Below, piece by piece: positions 16,782 through 23,080 of a stretch of DNA of 64,000 bases; positions within the stretch are counted from its first letter, which is position 1, and each line of letters opens with the position of its first letter. The notes beneath the pieces were generated by a model that did not search any database, had not been told where the DNA came from, and saw nothing but the letters and a program-made list of their open reading frames with translations. This DNA comes from Candidatus Liptonbacteria bacterium (GTDB lineage Bacteria > Patescibacteriota > Minisyncoccia > UBA6257 > 2-01-FULL-56-20). Location of the stretch: positions 29,882 to 93,881 of the forward strand of contig JACQKW010000015.1 in NCBI GenBank assembly GCA_016204385.1, read 5' to 3'. Position numbers and translations under genes: made by a program.

Positions 16782-17044
16782 GACGCACCACGCGTGGTGC
16801 GTATGGGGTCACTCGCTCGCATCGGCGGAAGACCCCTTCTCCTGCGAATGGCGCTTCGCACCGCGGGCTCGGCCACGGGCGGAATCGTGACCTCGTACTG
16901 CTCACAGCTCCGGTCGCAGTCAGACACATCCCATATCTTGCCTGCGATGCGCAGGTGAACCACCCGCTCACAGCAGACATGCTGAATCTCAACCCTCTTC
17001 TTGCCCTGCATCAAAACTTCGGTCTTAAACAAGATGCCCTTCAC
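16769..17044 (-). CDS. Hypothetical small Cys-containing protein
   Basis: Distal part of the 129-aa ORF. A GTG at 17044 overlaps the upstream stop (GTGA); the alternative start is ATG at 17011. Contains HVCCERV...DCDRSC. Confidence 0.4.
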   Translation of the reverse strand: MKGILFKTEVLMQGKKRVEIQHVCCERVVHLRIAGKIWDVSDCDRSCEQYEVTIPPVAEPAVRSAIRRRRGLPPMRASDPIRTTRGASAAE

Positions 17045-17325
17045 TCTGCACCTCCTGACTTTGATGTGAACGGCCACACGCCGAACCGGCGCGCGAGCTG
17101 AAGACTTCCGTACACGAGAAAAAACGCTCCGACCAACCCCACGACACTCAAAGGCCACATCGCCTTCGAGAAAAAACCGGCGCGGCAGGCCCTCACGAAT
17201 GCCACAACGGTCACCGCGCCCGTGAGCGTCATGGCAATTTCAATCGCAAGCGCCACAAACCACGTATCTCTCTGATACCGCTCAAGCTCACTCATCGTCC
17301 CCTCGCCCCCGCGGAAAAATATCAA
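17041..17325 (-). CDS. Hypothetical small membrane protein
   Basis: 94-aa ORF with two hydrophobic helices. Confidence 0.45.
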   Translation of the reverse strand: MIFFRGGEGTMSELERYQRDTWFVALAIEIAMTLTGAVTVVAFVRACRAGFFSKAMWPLSVVGLVGAFFLVYGSLQLARRFGVWPFTSKSGGAE

Positions 17326-17354
17326 GTTCCTACTCCCACTATGGCGTCCCGCGC

Positions 17355-18893
17355 CTACTTTGTCAACAACTTTTCAAAAATTGCCCTAAGCGTCTCCGGA
17401 TTCCCTCTTCCGCGGAGCTTCCCCATCGCCTTGCCGATTAAAAACTGGATGCTCGCGGTTTTTCCTTTTTTGTAATCGGCAACGGCCTGTGGGTTTTCTG
17501 CAATCACTTCTCGAACCATTCGTTTAAGCTCAACTATGTCCGAGATTATATATATTCCCTTGGCATTGAAAATATCTTCGGGATCTTCTCCGGTCTTAAA
17601 CATTCTTAGAAGAATATCCTGTCTCTTTTGTCTACCGGTTTCCTTACTGTCATCTACAGCACCAATCTCAATCAAAAATGAGAAATGTGCTAAATGCTCT
17701 GGAGTAATCTTTCCCTCTTCTCCGGCTTGATTCCTTAATCCTTGTAATTCGTTGACTAAGAATTTGAAAGCGCGGTCTCTAACGTTGGAAAGGAAATTTT
17801 TAATCTCTCTAAACTTCTTTCCATGGTGTTCATTCCCGGGAACATCGACGACCTCATCGCAAAACTTCCTGATTTCGCTATCCATCTCTTCGAAAAACTC
17901 GGCAACTGCTTTACCCCCGACAAGCGCATCCGCCTGCTCCTCGGTCAAATGAAATTCCTTCACAAACCTCGCGCGCTTTTCGCGCGGGAGCTCCGGGAGT
18001 GAATTCTTGAGTTCCTCGAGATTAAAAACCTTCGTCTCAAACGGCGGCAGGTCCGGCTCGGGAAAATAGCGGTAGTCGTGCGCTTCTTCTTTAGAACGCT
18101 GGCTGAAAGTAATTCTCTTCGCGTCGTTCCATCCGCGCGTCTCCTGCGTAACCTTCCCGCGGGAACTAAGCACCTCTTCCTGCCGCTTGATTTCATAATC
18201 AATCGCTTCTTTCACTGATTTAAATGAGTTTAGGTTTTTGACCTCGACTTTCGTGCCTTGTTTCCAATTGCCGCGCACCCACTCGCCCAAGCTCACGTTC
18301 GCCTCGACGCGCATCTGCCCTTTTTCCATATCCGCATCCGAAACCTCGAGGTAGCGGAGAAGCTGCTGAAGGTATTTCCCGAACTCGACTGCCTCTTCGC
18401 CGCTCTTAAAATCCGGTTCCGTCACGAGCTCCATCAAAGGCACCCCCGCGCGGTTAAAATCCACCAAACTCGCTTCGTTTTTCGTCTCTCCGGTCGTGTC
18501 GTGAAGCAGGCGCCCCGTGTCCTCTTCAAGATGGATTCTCCGCAGGCGGATCTTCACTTTCGTTTTGGCAAGTTCCACCGTCCCGCCCGAGACGAGCGGC
18601 TGGTCGTACTGCGAGATTTGGTAGCCCTTCGGCAAATCGGGATAAAAGTAATTCTTGCGGTCGAATTTTGTGGCTGCCGCGATCGTGGCGCCCATCGCAA
18701 GGCCGACTTTGATCACCGCCTCAACCGCCCTTTGGTTGATCGTGGGAAGCGTCCCGGGATGCCCAAGGCAGACAGGACAGACGTTCTGGTTCGGATATTT
18801 TTCCTCCGGGTCATTCAACGAATCGCAGAACATCTTAGTTCGCGTCTTTAACTCGACATGTACTTCGAGGCCAATCGTGGGAATATATTTCAT
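17355..18893 (-). CDS. gatB: Asp/Glu-tRNA amidotransferase subunit B
   Basis: MKYIPTIGLEVHVELKTRTKMFC...CPVCLGHPGTLP N-terminus and a GatB/YqeY-type tail. Confidence 0.92.
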   Translation of the reverse strand: MKYIPTIGLEVHVELKTRTKMFCDSLNDPEEKYPNQNVCPVCLGHPGTLPTINQRAVEAVIKVGLAMGATIAAATKFDRKNYFYPDLPKGYQISQYDQPLVSGGTVELAKTKVKIRLRRIHLEEDTGRLLHDTTGETKNEASLVDFNRAGVPLMELVTEPDFKSGEEAVEFGKYLQQLLRYLEVSDADMEKGQMRVEANVSLGEWVRGNWKQGTKVEVKNLNSFKSVKEAIDYEIKRQEEVLSSRGKVTQETRGWNDAKRITFSQRSKEEAHDYRYFPEPDLPPFETKVFNLEELKNSLPELPREKRARFVKEFHLTEEQADALVGGKAVAEFFEEMDSEIRKFCDEVVDVPGNEHHGKKFREIKNFLSNVRDRAFKFLVNELQGLRNQAGEEGKITPEHLAHFSFLIEIGAVDDSKETGRQKRQDILLRMFKTGEDPEDIFNAKGIYIISDIVELKRMVREVIAENPQAVADYKKGKTASIQFLIGKAMGKLRGRGNPETLRAIFEKLLTK

Positions 18894-19032
18894 GTCTTGA
18901 GTATCGATACCAATATACCTGCCCGACTTGCCTTCAGCAACTCGAAGGCAGGCGGGCTAATTGTATTAATCCTTCGATATACTCAGGATACAAAAGATAG
19001 TGAGCGAAGTCGAACTATAAAATACTAACGCC
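18894..19032 (-). promoter_or_regulatory. Conserved structured intergenic leader, copy E1 (tmk-gatB spacer)
   Basis: Shares two blocks with 47512-47623: ccaataYacctgcccgact (18910-18928) and aggcgggc..aattgtaYtaat (18950-18970). Contains an imperfect hairpin. Confidence 0.45.
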
Positions 19033-19626
19033 TTACGTGAAGAGAACGTCAACTCTCGCACGGACGTCCGTAAAAACTTTCTCAATCGGCCGCTCGCCGT
19101 CAATAACCACAACGTTTTCGTAGAGTTTCGCGAGTTTTTGATATGCCGTGTTCACGCGCGCAAGCTTCTCCTTTGCCTCAAACAATTCCTTCTCCCCGCC
19201 GCGTTTCTCGATGCGCGCGAGGCACGTCTCGGAACTTACTTCTAAAACAAACGTGCGGTCCGGCAACGGAAAATTGCTATTTAATTCTCGGAGCCACTCA
19301 AAATCGCACTCGAGCGAGCCGAACGCAATAGTCGAAAAAAAATAGCGGTCGGAGATAACTACCGCGCCGCGCGCGAGCGCGGGTAGAATGAGCAATTCGA
19401 GATGCTCTTTTCTGTCTTCTACAAAAAGCTCCTGTAATTCCCGCGCGCCGAGCTTGGATTCCCCGCGAAGCACCTTCCGGATTTCTACGCCGAATGTTCC
19501 TTCGGTCGGCTCCTTCGTGAGAACCACTTCCTTCCCCTGTGCCGTAAGATGTTCCGCAAGCAGTTTTGCCTGCGTGGACTGCCCGGACCCGTCCGGGCCC
19601 TCGAAGACGACGAAGGTGCCTTGCAT
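19033..19626 (-). CDS. tmk: Thymidylate kinase
   Basis: FVVFEGPDGSGQSTQAKLLAEHL P-loop and DRY-like motif. TATAAT lies 7 nt upstream of the ATG (leaderless-type). Confidence 0.9.
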   Translation of the reverse strand: MQGTFVVFEGPDGSGQSTQAKLLAEHLTAQGKEVVLTKEPTEGTFGVEIRKVLRGESKLGARELQELFVEDRKEHLELLILPALARGAVVISDRYFFSTIAFGSLECDFEWLRELNSNFPLPDRTFVLEVSSETCLARIEKRGGEKELFEAKEKLARVNTAYQKLAKLYENVVVIDGERPIEKVFTDVRARVDVLFT

Positions 19627-19644
19627 CTATTCAATTATAGCAAT

Positions 19645-19680
19645 GAAAATCCCCTGCACGAACCGAAACCCGTGCAGGGG
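19645..19680 (-). terminator. Rho-independent terminator downstream of the target paralog
   Basis: Minus strand CCCCTGCACG-GGTTTCGGTT-CGTGCAGGGG, then ATTTTC. It is sequence-related to the terminator at 9001-9043. Confidence 0.6.
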
Positions 19681-19702
19681 ATGAAGTACCTGAAGCTACT
19701 TG

Positions 19703-19730
19703 TCCCGTTAGAGATAAATCTCTAACGGGA
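19703..19730. repeat. 28-nt perfect palindrome flanked by CTTG direct repeats, overlapping the paralog stop codon
   Basis: tcccgttagagataaatctctaacggga, with cttg at 19699-19702 and 19731-19734. Confidence 0.8.
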
Positions 19731-20375
19731 CTTGCCTGCCTTGTCGACAGGCGGGCAGGCGACGAGCCACCGCCAAACGCCGCGCCGACTGATGCCAGCC
19801 CAGTCGAAGTCCGAGAGCCACCGCTCGCCGCCCACGTCGAGGTACGGGAAGAAGCGGTTGCCGTCCGGGCTCACCCAGGACAGATCGGCGAAACCGATAG
19901 GACCCTTGCCGTCAGGCTTCGGGTAGGCCTGGCGGAAAGCCTCCCGCCACTGTCCTTCGGGGATGACTCCGTGGGCCTTGAGGGCGCTTCTGACCGCGTC
20001 GAGATTCGGCTGGTAGCCGACTGCGACGAGCTTGAAGCGCCTGGTCTGCTTCCCTTGGGGTCTCGTTCCCTTGAACTGCCAGTCCTTGGGGTCGTAGCCG
20101 TCGCCTCGAACCATCTCCAGAGGGTCGACGCTGCCTGCGTCGAGCGAAAGCTCGAACTCGACGCCTACGTTGGGGATGGTTGGTCGAAGGGTGGTGACCG
20201 AAGCGCTACTGTAGCGCTTGAATGCGTCGCCCACTCCGGCAACCAAGGGGCTCTTGTTGCCGATGATTGCCTGGGCTTCGTCGAAGTTCAGGCTGGGCAT
20301 GGCCCCGACCATCGTTGCGATGATGTCGTTGCGCTGACCGTCGGTCATGCTGCGGACTGTCTCACGGTTTCCCAT
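19722..20375 (-). CDS. Non-diversified paralog of the DGR target protein
   Basis: C-terminal half aligns with the target: FKLVAVGY..LDAVRSALKAHGVIPEG...PIGFADLSWVSPDGNRFFPYLDVGGERWLSDFDW...VWRWLVAC versus ELVHLNRRVSSDNALCELDARGLRP...PIIALGSVWRNP.G.RTVAYL....W.D..W..YRFAAV. The ATG at 20375 has SD AAAGGAGG; the ORF track starts at GTG 20405. Confidence 0.7.
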   Translation of the reverse strand: MGNRETVRSMTDGQRNDIIATMVGAMPSLNFDEAQAIIGNKSPLVAGVGDAFKRYSSASVTTLRPTIPNVGVEFELSLDAGSVDPLEMVRGDGYDPKDWQFKGTRPQGKQTRRFKLVAVGYQPNLDAVRSALKAHGVIPEGQWREAFRQAYPKPDGKGPIGFADLSWVSPDGNRFFPYLDVGGERWLSDFDWAGISRRGVWRWLVACPPVDKAGKSR

Positions 20376-20444
20376 GAGCTGTTCCTCCTTTGCAGAGTGG
20401 CGCACTCCTTATCCCGCGGTATGCGAGACCTGGAGCCTGCCGTT

Positions 20445-20494
20445 TTAGCCACAGAACTTAGATTGGATCTTTCCAGCCTAAGTTCTATGGCTAA
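20445..20494 (-). promoter_or_regulatory. Long 5'-UTR hairpin of the paralog mRNA
   Basis: 17-bp stem with a 16-nt loop. The single non-WC position is C.A on the plus strand but G.U on the minus-strand transcript. Confidence 0.55.
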
Positions 20495-20567
20495 TGCAAG
20501 ACCCGTGAGAGGCCTGCTCTCTAATGGGGCAAGTAGCTATACGCGTATGATTTCAAAGTGCGGGGGC

Positions 20568-20597
20568 ATTGTAGCATAGATGATGCCAATCTGTCAA
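20568..20597 (-). promoter_or_regulatory. Consensus promoter of the paralog
   Basis: Minus strand TTGACA-N18-TACAAT, with the same ATGCTACAATGCCC block as at 9871-9885. Confidence 0.6.
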
Positions 20598-20645
20598 GCC
20601 CAGCAAACAAACTCGGCAAGCGGCACTCTAAAACTCTTTCCACAA

Positions 20646-20687
20646 CTCTTTCCACTATAAATGATTAATCTGTTATAATGGAAACAG
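20646..20687. repeat. 42-bp near-palindrome, copy A (TGTTTCCATTATAAA-arm family)
   Basis: 38/42 identical to 49646-49687. It overlaps TATAAT (20674-20679), 12 nt upstream of the PaaX-like ATG. Confidence 0.85.
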
Positions 20688-20691
20688 TTCT

Positions 20692-21267
20692 ATGGCAACA
20701 AGAAGGCTTCTCACAAAAACAACGTTTACAAAGGATACGCTCCTCCGAATTGCCGCTATCGGTATCCTTACCATTGCCGCGGGAACGTCTCCATATTTCC
20801 TCCACCGGATTGTAAAAACCTATTTCAAAGATAAAGTAAGAAAAATGCAGCGAGCGAGAGCAAAGAAATTGCGCGAACTGGAACGGCGAAAATTGGTTCG
20901 TATCGAGGAATTGCCTGACGGAAAAGTGCGTATCGAACTTACTCACCGGGGGAAGCAACTCGTGCGGACATACGATTTAGAACACATGAAACTTACCGCT
21001 CCAAAGCGGTGGGACGGATCCTGGAAAGTTGTTATCTATGATATCCCTGCCTCGCAGAAAAAGGCAAGCAATGCCTTTCGTGAAAAATTAAAACAGCTGG
21101 GGCTGTTCCCCCTCCAAAGGAGCGTATGGATTTCGCCGTATGACTGCCTTCGCGAAATAGAATTCCTTGCAACGGTATTCGAGATCGACATGGACAAGTG
21201 CATTTGCTACTTCTCCACAAAAGACGTGCCGCGAGAAAAAGAGATGAGGAAGTTTTTCAATCTATAG
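20692..21267 (+). CDS. PaaX-like / Cas2-fold winged-helix regulator family protein
   Basis: 191 aa. KRWDGSWKVVIYDIPASQKKASNAFREKLKQLGLFPLQRSVWISPYDC matches the WDGxWxxVxFDIP...LQxSVWxxP pattern I associate with PaaX-type proteins. Confidence 0.6.
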   Translation: MATRRLLTKTTFTKDTLLRIAAIGILTIAAGTSPYFLHRIVKTYFKDKVRKMQRARAKKLRELERRKLVRIEELPDGKVRIELTHRGKQLVRTYDLEHMKLTAPKRWDGSWKVVIYDIPASQKKASNAFREKLKQLGLFPLQRSVWISPYDCLREIEFLATVFEIDMDKCICYFSTKDVPREKEMRKFFNL

Positions 21268-21282
21268 TTTATCGCAGAACTG

Positions 21283-21326
21283 AATGTTTCCATTATAAAG
21301 GAATATTCCTTTATAATGGAAACATT
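21283..21326. repeat. 44-bp perfect palindrome, copy B (same arms, different core)
   Basis: aatgtttccattataaaggaatattcctttataatggaaacatt, followed by tttt. Could act as the terminator of the PaaX-like gene. Confidence 0.85.
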
Positions 21327-21684
21327 TTTTGCTCAGTCGGGCTAAGAATTAATCCGCCATTTCCACGCCCATTCCGCCTCGCTCATCCACACTCGCTCCC
21401 TCATAACCCTCGGTTTTGAGTAATTTCCTATTCACCCCGACGTTACGTCAGGGCAGGCGGGAAAATCCTTCCGCCTTTTTCACACTCCCAACCAGAGGAG
21501 AAATTTCTATTTCGCAACCATAAGCGAAGGTTAGCAAGAAATATTCGAGCGAAGCGCAAATTTTTTGATCATAAATTTTTTGGTCGGAAAATCCTGAAAG
21601 GAGGAACGGGAACCAGAAAATTTATTCAAAAAATTAAGCGGAGTGAGCCGTATTTCTCTAACCGAAGCGGGTTCGAAAAAGAAA

Positions 21685-22110
21685 TTACGACTCTACCTCT
21701 ACTCCCATGCTTCGCGCCGTGCCGGCGATGATTTTCTCCGCCGCGTCGAGGTCGTTCGCGTTCAAGTCCGGCATCTTGCGCTCGGCGATTTTCTTCACAT
21801 CAGCTTTTGTAATCTTTCCCTTCTTTTCTTTAAGGGGATTCGCAGAACCTTTCTCGATTCCGGCCGCCTTCCGAATGAGATCGGACGCAGGCGGGGTTTT
21901 TAGCCGAAACGTAAAACTCCTGTCTTCAAAAATGGTGATCTCGGCCGGCACGATGTCGCCCGTCATATCCTTCGTCTTGTCGTTAAATTGTTTGCAGAAC
22001 TCCTGGATGTTTACGCCCTGCGGCCCCAACGCCGTGCCAATCGGCGGCGCGGGAGTCGCTTTTCCGGCTTCAATCTGGATTTTGATAATGGTTTTGATTT
22101 TCTTTGCCAT
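21685..22110 (-). CDS. rplK: Ribosomal protein L11
   Basis: [43 protein letters not shown]. Confidence 0.93.
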   Translation of the reverse strand: MAKKIKTIIKIQIEAGKATPAPPIGTALGPQGVNIQEFCKQFNDKTKDMTGDIVPAEITIFEDRSFTFRLKTPPASDLIRKAAGIEKGSANPLKEKKGKITKADVKKIAERKMPDLNANDLDAAEKIIAGTARSMGVEVES

Positions 22111-22147
22111 GATCTTAGTACTTAGTCGTTAGGACTTAGGGATTAGT

Positions 22148-22175
22148 TTTCTAAATTCTAAGTTCTAAGTTCTAA
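22148..22175 (-). repeat. Four tandem TTAGAAN heptamers in the rplK leader
   Basis: Plus strand tttctaa attctaa gttctaa gttctaa; on the minus strand this reads (TTAGAAN)x4. Confidence 0.85.
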
Positions 22176-22178
22176 TCA

Positions 22179-22760
22179 CTAAACTTTCTTCACCTGCAGC
22201 GAATCGAGTTCCACCGCCGTGTCCCGCCCGAAGACCGGCACCATCACTTTTACCTTCCCCTTTTCCTGGTCAACTTCCGCCACTTTGCCGTCGTAGTCCT
22301 TAAACGGCCCGTCGGTAATCTTCACGAGATCGTCCACGCGGAGATCCACTTGAAACTTGCTCTCATCCTGCCCGAGCCGCGCGAGAAGCGATTCGACCTC
22401 CTCTTTGGAGAGCGGCGTGGGCTTGGTGTTGTCCGCGCCCACGAAGCCGGTAACCCGAGGAGTGTTCCGCACCACGTACCATGAGTCGTCCGTGAGTATC
22501 ATCTCGACAAGCACATAGCCGGGATACGTTTTCTCCTCGATCGTCTGCCGTTTCCCTCCCTTTATCCTGATCCGCTTCTCTTTTGGCACAATGACGTTGA
22601 AGATCTTGTCGCCGATCGCAAGAGACTCCACGCGCTGTTTTAAGTAGCGCGCGACCGCCTCTTCGTATCCCGAATAGGTGTGCACCGCGTACCATTGCCG
22701 CGAGGCGTGCATTCCTTCCTGCGCCTGTTTTTGTTTCGGTGACGTCTTCATGGTGGTCAT
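22179..22760 (-). CDS. nusG: Transcription termination/antitermination factor NusG
   Basis: WYAVHTYSGYEEAV NGN domain and a C-terminal KOW (VKITDGPFKDYDGKV). Confidence 0.9.
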   Translation of the reverse strand: MTTMKTSPKQKQAQEGMHASRQWYAVHTYSGYEEAVARYLKQRVESLAIGDKIFNVIVPKEKRIRIKGGKRQTIEEKTYPGYVLVEMILTDDSWYVVRNTPRVTGFVGADNTKPTPLSKEEVESLLARLGQDESKFQVDLRVDDLVKITDGPFKDYDGKVAEVDQEKGKVKVMVPVFGRDTAVELDSLQVKKV

Positions 22761-22948
22761 GCGCCGATCACAAATACCCGAAGCAGCGTCACAAAGAAAA
22801 AATCGAATGCGCCAAGAAGCACCGCAAATAAGATCGAGAGTCCGATAACCACTCCCGTGAGATAGGTTGCTTCTTTCCTCGTCGGCCAGTTTACGTGCTT
22901 AAACTCCTGCCGAGCTTCGTTAAAAAACGTTCTCACGCGATCGAGCAT
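22757..22948 (-). CDS. secE: Preprotein translocase subunit SecE
   Basis: 63 aa. FFNEARQEFKHVNWPTRKEA followed by one TM helix, with classic secE-nusG-rplK synteny. Confidence 0.8.
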   Translation of the reverse strand: MLDRVRTFFNEARQEFKHVNWPTRKEATYLTGVVIGLSILFAVLLGAFDFFFVTLLRVFVIGA

Positions 22949-23080
22949 GCTAATTTTATACGATGCGGAGCGAGTTTATAAAATCATGCACCGAGCACAT
23001 AAGGCGTTATGTGCTCGGTAAAGGTTTTGCGGCTAAAACCCTGCCCCGTTCTCGTGCATAGAATTTTTAGGCAAAACCCT

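Noticed and set aside
19735-19870. C-terminal region of the paralog as a second (remote) VR for the same TR
   Set aside because: Only short stretches match the TR, and the differences are not limited to TR-adenine positions. It is homologous but is not a current VR.
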